The translations under genes were made by a program, and so were the position numbers. Positions 11,822-26,651 of a stretch of 63,412 nucleotides of DNA are shown here, one piece after another (position 1 is the stretch's first letter; every line of letters begins with the position of its first letter). Under the pieces are notes generated by a model. It searched no databases and was not told where the DNA came from. It was given only the letters and a program-made list of their open reading frames with translations. Source of the stretch: Reclinomonas americana ATCC 50394 (lineage: Eukaryota); contig PS015015.1 of the NCBI GenBank assembly GCA_048213135.1, forward strand, positions 1-63,412, in the 5' to 3' direction.

Positions 11822-12047
11822 GGCTGTGTGTGTGTGTGAGAGAGAGAGCGAGAGTGAGTCAACATGTCCATGCCTCGCAGCGCATAATCGCGCACACAAG
11901 CACGCGCGCTTCTTGCTGGTGCCTGCTGCAGCTGCTCAATGACAACACACGCATGAGACGCACCTGTTGCTCTTCACACGACTGTTTAGTTGACGACGAG
12001 TTATCAATCGGTTTGATGGCCTGTGAACAACACAACAACTCTCTGCG

Positions 12048-14048
12048 ATGAGTGGGGGGAAGCTGCAGGTCTGTGCCCTGCTCTCTCGCCACCACTCACT
12101 GCCCTCTCTCGCTCACTGTTGCATCTTGCTGCAGATCACATTCAAAAGACCAGCCACAGGTGCGCACACTGTTGTCTCTCTCTCCCGCTCTCACACCTTT
12201 CTCTTTACACACACACACCGTGAGCGCAGGCGACGCAGCAGGAGGAGCACGCACAAAGCGCCGGTCAGTGCCACCCTCTCCTTATCTCTCTCACACGCTC
12301 TCACTTCACATGCACACGCACAGTCGCGTTCTGGAGGACGACGACGACGACGACAACAACAATGGCGACAGTGAAGACGAGGTGATTGCGCGCAAGCCCG
12401 CCGCCAAGCCGGCCGCCAGCAAGCCCAAGAAGGCAGCACCGGTCAAGGCAGCCGCCAGCAAGGCGAATCGCAAGCAGGCGGCGGCACGCGATGACGATGG
12501 TGAGGCTGGATCGATTACAGATGAGACGCTGGAGAGCTCGTCGGACCTCGAGGCACCACCGCTGCCACGAGTGGTGCCGCCACGTCCACCACCGCCACCA
12601 CCGCCTCCACCGCCACCGCCTCCGCCGCCTCCACCGCCTCCACCGCATGATGAGGACTCGTTGAGCGAGGTGAGTGTTGTTGCATGCAGGTGATGCAGTT
12701 CGTTCGAGTTGCTGATGGCTGGTGGTGCCAGGATGAGGATGTCAAGCTGCCGAGTCGGCGCAAACCGACGCCTGCTGCTGCTCTGGCTCCTGCTCCGGCC
12801 GCGCGGGGAGCGAAAGGGGCGGAGAAGAGCGGCGGCAAGAAGGCCGGTCGAAAGCGTGCGACCGAGTCGCCGACGACGGTGACGCTGGCGAATCCGCCGC
12901 GGCCAAAGCACACGCAGTCGCCGACGGCGTCTGGCGCCGCGGCTGCGACGACGGGGCGACGGAAACCGCCTGCGGCGTCTGTGCTGGTTCTCCCGAAACC
13001 GCCGCCGCCGCCGCCACCACCACCACCTCCACCGCCGCCTCCACCGCCGCCACCGCGGTCGTCGGGACGCAAGGTGCTGGTGGACGAGGATGAAATGGAG
13101 GTGGAAGAGGAGGAGGAGGCGGAGGCGGAGGATGAGGAGGACGGCACGGAGGATGAGTACGACAATGCTGAGGACGACGATGCCGGTGGGGATGAGGAGG
13201 CGGAAAACGATGACGACGGCGATGAGGACAGTGGTGGCGATGATGCGGCGGGTGCAGACGACTATGGTGGCGATGCACCGCGTGGCGGTACTCGTGTGTC
13301 CACACGGTCGTCGGCGGGTGGCGGCGGCGGCGGCGGCGGCGGCGAGCAGGAATGGGTGGACGTGAGCAAGATGACGCGACGACAGCGTGCCAAGTACGAG
13401 GCCGAAGTCGGACCGGCGGTGGCCGCCGATGCCTCCGGTTTCCCTGCCGCGGCCACGTCGCCCACTGCCGTCGTGCGTGGAGTGGTTAAGAAGAAAGTGC
13501 ATGCTCGTTGCGTTTTTTTGCCGCGCGTGCTCACTCACTCGTTTTCTCTTCTGTGTGCTCACCAATCACGTCGTGCAGGCACTGCGTTCTCGTCGGACAT
13601 TAGTGCCGAGGCGGCGGCGGCTGCGGCCATTGCCGAGTCCGAAATCGCTCGCCGGCGTCGACAGACGCAGGAGAAGAAAGCCGAGCGACTGAAGGAGGAG
13701 GTCATGCACAAGATCTTGCATCGATCGCGAGTCAAGCGTGGCGAAGGCCGCCAAGCCAAGCCCGCGCCGCAGCAGCAGCAGTCGGCGGGCGGAGACGACG
13801 CCGAAGCCATGGACGAAGACGACGGTGGCGACTCGCAGAGCGGCACCGCCACGCCAGCACCGGGTGGCGAAGATACTCCCACGACTGCAGCAGCAGCAGG
13901 AGCAGGAACGTCGGCCAGTCGCTTGCGTCGGCCGACAGCTGCCGATCGCGGACCATGCGTGCGCTTCATTGACCACATCGACCGTGGCAAGGTGCTGCTG
14001 TTGCCAGTCGGCGTCGAGGATGTACGAGGGTTCCTCTTTGGTTCATGA
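12048..14048 (+). CDS. INO80B: INO80 complex subunit B / Ies2-like (PAPA-1 domain)
   Basis: Spliced start MSGGKLQITFKRP; Pro/acidic tracts; DVSKMTRRQRA; ESEIARRRRQTQEKKAERLKEEVMHKIL; GPCVRFID..GKVLLLP. Confidence 0.75.
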
Positions 14049-14122
14049 TGAGCGATAAACTTTGAGGAAAGATTGCATTAGTTGTCCTCCGCGCAAAGAA
14101 CAGAGTTGTCGCGTGGGCGTGA

Positions 14123-15474
14123 ATGGTGTGTGTGTGTGTGTGCACTCCTCTCTATGCATGCATGTGTTGATGTGCACACGCGCTCATTCTCTGCACACAG
14201 TCGTCGCAGCCTCCATCGTCGCTGGCCGCAGCCGCCTCAGCTGCACATTCACAGGTGCGCACATGCACACGCATGCACACACTCTCGCTCTCACTCACAC
14301 ACATACACACATGCAACGCCGCCCACACAGCAAACAGCCAGCAATGCATTTGCCGCCGTTTCGTCAACACACACACTCTCCACTCTCACACTCTCTCACA
14401 CTCACACTCACACACAGATCAACGCCCCTGGCATGGCCGCTGCAGTGGCTGCTGCACTCGCCTCCGCCAGTGCGCGAGGACCTCAACAACAGCAACAGCA
14501 ACAACAACAACAACAACAGCAACAGCAACCTCAGACGCAACAGCAGCAGCAGCATCAGGCCTTGATGCAGGCACACCAGCTGCAACTGCAGATGCAGCTG
14601 GCATACGCACAGCACCTGCAGCACCTCAACCAGCTGGTGCCGCCCATCTTGCCCGCTCGCATGCAGTGGGATGAGGCGTTTGTGCGCGATGTGGCGCGAA
14701 CAGTGGCCGCCCGCGATCGCCCTCACCACGACACAGAGGCACCCTCATTACCGCCTCCGCCTCCGTCGCTGCGGTGGACACATGGTGCGCTCTCTGCGTC
14801 TTCTTCTGCTCCTTTCTCTCGCTTGCCACTCATGTTTTGTGGCGATTCGAGATATGATGGAGGCACGCGATCGGTATGTGGCGGGAGTGGATCTGGTGAG
14901 CGACCTGTTCAGCTCGGGCGAGATGCCGGCGCCGACGGATGTGTCGCCGCTGGCCGAGGCTGCTGAGATGCGGCAGTACTTTGAGAGGCGACTGGTCTGC
15001 GCGTGTACTCGTGGCCATGGTGTTGTTGTCGTCGTCGTGCGTGCTGAAAAAATAGCCACAGATGGATCTGGATGAGGCGTACGAGGCTGCGAGGGGCCAG
15101 TACGCGGCGGAGGCACAGCGCGATCGGGACGATGAGGTCGAGTTTCAGCGCGTGTGGGCTCGCGTGAGTGCGGAGGCGGTGACCATGGAGGTTTGTTTGT
15201 GTGGTGTCAATATGTGTAAAGTCCGGCTGCACGCTGACGCTGTGTGTGAATGCAGGAGCTGGAGGCCATGGTGGTGGACCCTGAAGTGCGCAAGTTCCTG
15301 CCTCCTGGTGTGCAATCGCTGCAGGATGTCATGGCGGTATGTGGGACTTTGTTTGTCTCTTGCTCTGGCAGATGGCAGTATCCCTCAATCTCTGTCGTCA
15401 CACAGCTGCCGAGCATGCTCGACGAGGAGCCGATTGTGGTGCGCCAGATTGGCGGCCAGGGAACAGGAGAGTAA
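14123..15474 (+). CDS. Gln-rich protein of unknown function; start uncertain (ATG 14123 followed directly by an intron)
   Basis: Spliced MSSQPPSSL...polyQ...ARDRYVAGVDLVSDLFSS...coiled coil, TAA at 15474. Confidence 0.55.
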
Positions 15475-15511
15475 AATGACCTGACACAATGGAGACAGCA
15501 GACAGTTGCAA

Positions 15512-18059
<2,548 letters not shown>

Positions 18060-18555
18060 GTTGCAAGTCACACAGTGAACAAAGTGAGTGCGTGGACTAC
18101 AGCAGCTCACTGGCGGCAAAGAGACGGAGAGGAGCGTGAGACTCAAATGTCCTGCGCAATGCAATGCATCCTCACTCTCTCTGGAGATTGACAGCTCCGC
18201 TGCAGCTTGTGAGGTTCTTGGTCTTCGCTTCTCCTGCTGTGCACTGCTTCTCTTCCCACAGCAAACGCGCGGAGTTTTCGATATTTTCTCTCCAACTTCG
18301 ACGTTCGCGATCGTTCACTCTTCTTTGCCCAAAACCGAGTTTCGTGAATGCTGCTGCTGCCGCCCCCCACATACGATCTCCAACGGCTGGTTGCTGCTCA
18401 CAACGCACTCAGCCTCGTCGGCGTGTTCGTCCCGGTTGTTTCCGTACACGTCCCAAGTGATCAAGAGCAGTTGTTCGCGAGCGACTCGGCAATCACTCTC
18501 TCTCTCACACACAACAGAGTGCGTGCGCGTGTGTGCACCGCGAGCCCCGGCACAC

Positions 18556-21500
18556 ATGGCCTCTCTGCACCAGCGCAGAGCATCGGCACCGAGCACCGCC
18601 AAACACCGCCAACAACTCTCAGATCCGCCTTCGTCCCCCGTGGGCGTGCGATTTGCCGTGCGTGCCGAGTACAAACCACTTCATGGCAGTGGTGGACACA
18701 GTGACGCAACACCGTTGTCACCCTCGCCATCCACACAAAGTTAAGTGTTCGATATGAGGATCATCACCACAGGCGCGCATTATTCAATTGTATGTTTTGT
18801 TTGTTTGTGTGCCGTACGTAGATCGGCAAAAGCGCTCGTCGTCACCGGCAGTCACGCGACCGCAGTCGGCCACTCCGACACTGCAGCGACTGGTGCCAGA
18901 GTCGACCCCGATCCCACTGCGTCGCCTGCGCGAGGCCGTGACTGCGTCGTCGTCGTCGCTGTCGTCGTCGTTGTCGTTGGAGCAGGTGCCATGGTCTCCG
19001 TTTTCACCGCAGTCGCAGCCCGTGCAGCGACCGCGTAGTTCGACTCCGTCGGAGCGCGGCAGCGGTTTCATGCGTGGCAGTGGTGGCAGCAGTACGAACA
19101 GCGGGAGTGCGGTGGCCGGTAGCCCGCTCCTTCGCGTGTCGGTGTCGAGAAGCGGGCAAGACATGCTGACCGATGCTCGCGTGTCACCGATGAAGAATCG
19201 ACCGTCGTCGTCGCCAGTGTTGGTGGCGTCGCCATCGCGTTCGGCGCTCGCTGCTCGTCGTCGCGAGGTGCGTCGTGTTTTGTGTTTGCGTTTGTTCGTG
19301 TTGCTCAACAATCACACTCTGTGCAGAGTGCCGCGAACTCGCAACTGGCATCTGCTGTCGCGCTGTCCAAGTTGCAGCCGGTCGTCATGTCGCTGAGCAA
19401 CATGGCGGTGCGAGCGGCGGCGGCCGCGGCGGCTGGTGACACGAATGGAGGAGTGCCGGCGTCGCGACTGGTGCTCATGAATCAGCAGCGTGTGACCGGT
19501 TCCACTGCACGCGAACACGCGTCGTTCATCTCGCCGGACGAGCTGGCGCTCATCACCGAGTCGGCCGCGGCGCAGGCGCCGGCAGCCAACGAGCAACGAC
19601 TGCACGTGGTCATTCCGTCGGTGTTCGGTGCGCGCCCGACCTCGGCACCGGCGGGCATGCGCTCGTCGGCCGCCCTGGCGTCCCAGTTGCGCGCAGCCGC
19701 GCGCAAGACCACTGAGTTCAGCTCGTTCGACACAGCGGCCAGCAGCGGTGTCGGCAGCAAGTCGCGCACGCGGGACTCTGTGGATCCAACCAGTGGCATC
19801 CTTGATAGTTCGCGAAAACCCGCCTCGCTGGCCACGCGCATCGGGTGGGACGTGGTCTCCACGTCGCCCACGGCGTCCCTGGCAGGCGGCGGCAACGAGG
19901 ATCCACAGGTTGGTGATCGGAGGTGCACCAATGCAGTGAGTGTTAATTTCTGTGCACACCTTCTTCGCGATGCACACAGGATGCGGCACGAAGAGTACAA
20001 CGAGAGAAAAATGCGGAAGCAGAGGCGTGGGCTCGACGGTGAGTGCTACTCTCATTGCCGCTCGATCCCCGTTCCTCACCCGTCTCACACGCACGGACAC
20101 ATCCCAGAGCACTACCCCGGTGTGTGGTCGATCTATGTAGACATTCGGCCGACGAGATTAGTGACGAGGGAGCGCAAAATCTGAGCGACATGCGTTTCTA
20201 TACACGTGGTGTGGTGCTCGAAGTCGAACTCACTGGTGAGTGGAGCACCGCACGCCAATGTGAGTGTGTGTGCACAACTCCAACACGTTATTTTCTTGTT
20301 TTTCGATCACCGCTCAGCGCTCTCATTACGACCGGACTCGGCGGTGGCAATGGAGACTGTCAGACGGCAGCTGGACTCGATGTGTGAAATCGCTCTTGAA
20401 TTCGGCGGTGACTTGTTGTACACGGTCTCTGCCAGGCGTCTAAGTGTGCTTTTTGCCGCCGACCTCAATTCCGATGGCGCCGCCGTGGAGTGGTTGCAGA
20501 GTCGCGGGCTCACCGGCACTGTTCTGCAGTCAACAGACCCAGTGGCACTGCGAGCGTGTCTGTGCAGTCTGTACATGTTGCAGTCGGTGGAGGCCGCAAC
20601 TGGTTCGCGAGCTGCACGAATCGGTGAGTGTATTGCAATGGAGTGGGAAGAGGCACCGCAGTCTCACTTCTCGTGTGTTACCACAGTGCTGAGCAGTGGG
20701 ACTCTGTGCTGCTCGCTCGTTGGCGGTGTGCACGGTGACTGGCGGCCCGAGTTCTCCGGATCCATATTCGACAACCTCGCCGCGTTGACTGCGAGTGTGG
20801 CTGCCAGTAGCACGCACCACATCGTGTACGCCGCCGAATCCGGTACGACAGCCGGTGATGCGGCATTTGTGGCACCAGGGTATGCAAGTACGGGGCGCGG
20901 GTTCGTGGCGCACGCGCTGACTTGATGATCAATAGTTCATGGACTCGGTTACTTGGCTTTGCGTGCGTGGAGCCGCAGTGTGTCGGTGATGGTCGGGAGC
21001 GTTTGCAATGCTACGCCCTCGAACCGCAGGACGACACGCAGTTGCCGCCGCGACCATCTTTTCAAGGTCAGCAGTACCTCTGTGTGTTGATCACATAGTG
21101 CCGTTTCTGACATTCATGTACATTCAGTGGCGCGCATTCCACCACGTCCGCAGTCGCCGTCGCTGTGCGTGGCACCTGTGGTCGACTTCAAGAAACTGGT
21201 CGCCCCAGTTTTCCACCCGAGTCCCGACTGCGCTGCCGTGGAAGAGGTCGAGTCGTCAATTCTGTGCATCATGTTCTCCGACGAGTCACAGACTGCCGGT
21301 GGAGAGTTGCGTGCGCGTCCTCGGGTCGATGATGCGGGCAGTCACCGTGCTCACGGATGAGAGTGTGCGCGCAGTGCAATTCGCAGTGCATTTGCCGAGG
21401 CGCAATCCATCGTGCACTCGTTGAGTGGCGTCGTGGGGCCGCTGTGTACGACGGGGGCCGGTGTGTTTGCGTACGCTCTGTTCGGCTTGTCGGTCAACTC

Positions 21501-24500
21501 GGAACCTGGTACACTTTCGTTTGTCGCCACTCGTCTGCATTTTGCACTGTTGCTTGCTCACACATATCGCATAGCACGACACCAGCGCGCCATCCTGGCG
21601 GCCGCCCGCATCGCCGATATGCTGGTGCATCATGAACTGTGTGCACCATCTGTGGGTGTCAGCTCCGGTCGCACACAGGTCATGCACGTTGGTCCCAACG
21701 AGCGTCGCGTGCTGCTGTTGGTCGGCACAGCAGTCGCCGATTCGCTGCTGCTAGCACAGGAGCAACAGACGCACGCAACGTCTTACGATGCCACCGGACG
21801 AGGTTTGTACGCTGCCGTGTGTCTCCCCTTGCCGCACCGCGTGTGCTAATGAGTCTTTTTAGCTGCCGAACTTGTGCCGTTGCCGGTGTTGGCGGATGCG
21901 GTGAGCTGTCTGTCGTCGCTGGGAGAGCCACGCATCACGGGCACTTCGTACACGCTCACTGGATCGCCACCACGGTTACTGTCGCTGCTCGGTGTGCACC
22001 CTCTACTATTTGTACTACCGCTACGCGTCTCTCGCATTCCCTCACCTCTTGCAAACAGAGCGAGCGAATCCACTGACCTGTCATTCGATGTGGAGATCCG
22101 TCGTGTGGTGGCCTCGCTACATTTCTCCGTCCTCCTCAGGCACACCCTCATTACAACAATTCGGTGCGCTGGATCGGCAATGTGCTTTTGTGCGTGCGCT
22201 TGCGTTTGTTTGTCGCCTCATCGTGTTCTCTTGGGTACGACAGTCGGACGTGAGGCCGAACTGGATTGCCTGCTCTGTGCATGGCGCGAGCTGCAATCGT
22301 CGCCACAAGCAAGGCGCGCGGTGGTGGCACTGTGTGGCGCACCGGGTTGTGGTGCGTCGAGTCTGTTGCAACGATTCGCGCAATGCGTGCGGCAGGCGAC
22401 AAATGCAAATGCATCTGGCGATCCCACGGTACGTTTCTGTGCAGACAAATTTGTGTTAGTTCTGCCTCGCGATCTTTTCCAAACACATGTATTTCGTGTG
22501 CATGCAGGATGCGGCGGCTGTGGTTCCGCTCCTGTGCTCCTCGCGTGAGCTGGCGCGCACCGACGATCCACAACCGTACGGTGCATGGTGGCCAGTGTTT
22601 ACTGAACTGCTTGATGCAGTGCACGCAAGGTTTGTCGACGTCGAGCGAAAGCAGCCGCGTGTGTGAGAATGAGAACTCACCTGCGTGCCTCCACAAGATC
22701 CATGTCACTTACCAGACGTGCTAGCCGCCCATCTGACATGGACACAGCGGTCATCTCCGATGTGCTGGACTCTGCAGGCCTGCTGCAGTGGGCATCGCTC
22801 CTCAATCCAGTGTTGGGAACCGAGTACCGCGAACACCCGGCGCTCCCTCTGCTTTCCGACGAGGCGCGTGTCGAGTGGCAGAATGAGTTGGCGGTGGTGC
22901 TTCTGGACTTGTTGGCCAACCGCGCATTCGAGAATGTCGGGCAGTATGTCATTCTGTTCCCGCGGGCCCACCTCATGGACGCCTCGTCGCAACAGCTGTT
23001 GCAGAGATTTTTCGCGTTCGAGTGGGCCACCGCGAAGCTCGGTGCGCGGACAACCACCAAACGGATGCGGTTCCTCGCTGTTGTGCACGTGGGCACAACG
23101 TGGGAGGACCCAGAGCGGCTGCCGACAATGGTGGCGAGCGAGGTCAGCACATTTCTGGCGCAACCCGCCAAGAATGTCAAGGTGTGGACTTGTCGTCGCG
23201 CAGAGAGTAGCAAGTTCGCACGTGTGGCTCACATGGTGCGCGTTGCCGTAAGCAGTTGCTTCATGTCGGCGCACTCGACATGTCGTCCACCGCCGATTAC
23301 ATGTGCCGCGTCACGGGTGCCGAAGTGGTGGCCGAAGATGTGAGTCCTGTTATTCGGAGAGATGCACGAGTTGAGCTGTGCTATGGCCACGGTCTGACTG
23401 TTGAAATGTGCGCATGTGTGTGTGTCAGGCTCTCGATTTCGTGTGGCTGCACTCGCGACGGGGATGGCCTGTGCGACTGGTAGAGACCGTTCGGTTTCTG
23501 CAACTCAATGGGCGAATCGCCGTCGAAGAGGGCGTGTGCAAGGTGCTGCACCGCTCTTGTCTTTCTCTCGCACGCACATCCCTGCTGCTCGTCTCATCAT
23601 GGGAATGCGCGCAGTTAACGCCCTCACATGTGGCAAGCGAGGTCCCTGACGAGTTTATCACTGGTCCCGTGGAGGAAGGATTCCGCGGTCGCTTCGACGC
23701 TCTGCCGGCGTTTACACAGCAAGTCCTTTGCGATGGTTTGCAAAATGGCGTGTGCATTCGTGTTCTTTTGCCAACAAGTGTGCTCATCGGCGCAACCGCA
23801 GCGAGCGTGTTTGCCGACGCGTTCCGCATCTCGTCGTTGTGTACGCTCCTGGTACGCGTGCCGCTCGCGGAGGGGCAGGTGGTGACCAACGATGCCGGCC
23901 TGCGTGAGCGCACTCGTCGCGCACTGGAAGAGGGTGTCAATAGTGGCGTTCTTGTGGCTGTGTCGCGTCGCGCTTCTGTTGAGTCGCAGTTTTATTGTGC
24001 AGCACCACTTACTCCGTCGGCACTCACGCTTACGCACAGGATGCCGAGTACATTGTGCGCAGCTCGTGGATACGGAGCGCACTCAATCGCCTGTCGTCTC
24101 CCCTTCGCGTATTCCAGTTGCACGTCACGGCCGTGAAGTCAGCACTTCGCGCACTCGCCACACCACACGCCGGTGCCGACATGGTGTTGTTGGCAAGTGC
24201 GGCTCATCACGCATACGCGGCCCTCGAGCTGCGCTTGACCGAAATCGTAGACGGTGCGGCAGTCCCCTTGCTGTATTACGCTGTCGGAGACAGTCGCTCA
24301 CGCCTCGACAAAAAAATAGATGCGCAACTCGCCAGTGTGTTTCTGCAGGTGTTTCCGCACGTGGCCACTCTCGGCCGATTGCTTCTTGCCAGCGACGACG
24401 CGTCCTCGGCTCGTCTGTTGTGCACGCGTGGCCTCGAGTTCCTGTTGCATTTCCGCGCGCGTACCAATGGTGAGTGTGTGGCGGCGCGGTGACGTACTGC

Positions 24501-26512
24501 GCTGCAAGATACGCCTTTCTGACTGCTGTTTGGCGTGCAGAGACGGCCACACGTATCGTCGATGCCAGTGTGCGGTTACGCTGTGTACAAGCGGCGTGTG
24601 TGGCACACATTGGTGCACTGAAGGCCCATCAGGTGTCTCCATCTGCACTGTTGGGCGAGTGCTGGATGATGCTCGACGAGGCTACGGTGCGGATCGTACC
24701 GCTTCTTGTTTGTTGCTCTCTTTGGCACCACTGACGAATCACGTGACGCACGCACAGGAGGACATGCCGGAACTATGGCTGGCCGTCATGACCACATTGT
24801 GGTACTGTCAGGCGCACTCGGACGACGAAAATGAACGCAGAGCGGCAACCGGTGCGTGGATCGAGTTGCAGCAGGTGCGCCCACGCCCACGACGCGGTCG
24901 AAAAGGCGATGTGGAAGACGAGGAGGCGTCACTGCCGCTGCCATTTTTGTGGATCACCATGGAGCAGGCGTCGATACGCGGATCGCTGCAAGAGGCTGCC
25001 GTCGCCTTTGGCAGCATCCTCGATCTCTCGTCAGCAGGCCGACTCACGGTGTCGTCTGAGGTGCCGTTGCTTCGCGAACCGTGGCTCACGTCACGTGCCC
25101 TGGCCTCTGTCACCTTTGTGCACCTCGGAAACTTTACGGCCGCACGGGAACTCGCCACTCGCTGGTGGGTAACGAGTGAGCGTCTTATCTCTGCAAATAG
25201 CAGCTTCTCACCTCTCCGTGGTGCGTCGTGTCATGCACAGTCAACAAGAGATGCACGGCAGTGCATCGCAGCCGCCGTCGATCCAGAGCGCGCACTCGCC
25301 CACCGTGATGCACGCAACACTGTTGGTGGCCTACACACTGGCTTCACTCGGCGAGTGGTCCGCCGTTCGGCAGTGCGCGGTGGCCGGCATTGTCGCCTCG
25401 CGAAGGCACCACTGGCACACGTGGCGTCGTGCCTTTCTGCATTTCGGTCTCCTCACCGAGTACCTTCGTCGCCTCTCTGGAGGTGCGTGCAGTGAGGGTG
25501 GTGCGCCGTGTGACTCGCCGTTTCGTTGACTGCTCACTGCGCATTCGCAGACGTGGCAAGTGCAGCCGTGGAGAGTGGCGTGGCGTCGGAGCTGTTTGTG
25601 GAAGATGGTGACGACCGGCGCGCCGTTCTCCGTCGCATGTTGGACAACGTGTCGCTGTTGAAGGGCACCCAGGTGCACATCCTTCCTTCCACAATTGCAG
25701 TGTGCTGCCTATTATATCTGACACCACATGCGCAGCTTTCCTTGTGGCTGGCCCCAAGCATGGCGGACGTGCTGGTTCGCGAGGACTTTTTGAGTACGGC
25801 ACAGGATTTGCTGCTGGAGAACATGGCGATCGCCACTCGCTGCGAATGCTCGCACCTTCCGCGGGCCATTTTCATGATGCGCCTCAGTCACGCCTCAGCG
25901 GTGCGACTGTTGCACGCCATTGACGATTCGTATGACGCCACTCTGGTAGACACTGGCGACTGGAGCACGTGTGTTTTCTCGGCCTCGGAATGGTACGACA
26001 CGTATCGCGTGCTGCGCGACGGCCTGCAGCAGTGCGACAGCGAGGTGCAGTCGCCGCTCACTACCAGTGTGCGGTTTGTGTTGACGGTGTGCGTTCTGGT
26101 GTGGTGGTGTGCCTATCGATGCGCCACTGAGCAAGACGTGCTGGCCAAGTCCACCACTGGCAGCAAGGTCTGTGTGTTCTCCAGTCGTTGTTGGTTTTCA
26201 GCTTGCGTGCCTCCCCATTCACACTCTTCTCGTGGTGGCGGCACACAGAAACGACGACGTCGCCATGTGCCGTCCATGGAGATGGACGACTCGATGATTG
26301 AGGATGCATGGGGGTCGCAGCCGGTACCGCTGCAACACTTGCGTGGCGAGTTGATGCGTGACCAGGTTGTCGACTTTGACGACATCAGTGGCCTGCGTCA
26401 CCTCAAGTGGATGCACTTGACGCGATCGCTGTTGTCACAGATGGCCACGCCATTCTCAAGCATCGGCACACGCGCAAACGGTGCACGTGGAAAACACGGG
26501 GAACAATACTAA
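18556..26512 (+). CDS. Soluble adenylyl cyclase (ADCY10)-like protein: Ser-rich N-terminus, two degenerate class III cyclase domains, AAA/STAND P-loop domain, helical C-terminus
   Basis: EFGGDLL..LSVLF; GTLCCSLVGGVHGDW; YALFGL; SVGVSSGRTQVMHVGPNERRVLLLVGTAV; TVGREAEL...VVALCGAPGCGASSLL; LFPRAHLMDASS; many GT-AG introns. Confidence 0.75.
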
Positions 26513-26651
26513 GTAATAATGAAGATAAGTTTTGTAATCCACATACAAATGACAGACAGTGTGAGAAGGAAAAATGAGTAGAGTAGAAAGTAAGGGAATA
26601 GTTAACGAGACACCGCTGGTCTTAACAGCGCGGATCCGTCACTGGGCATAA

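Noticed and set aside
11822-12030. Acceptor just upstream of the rpl36 ATG as evidence of spliced-leader trans-splicing
   Set aside because: A matching cis donor (cag|GTGCG at 11963) exists, and other genes show no consistent unpaired acceptor.
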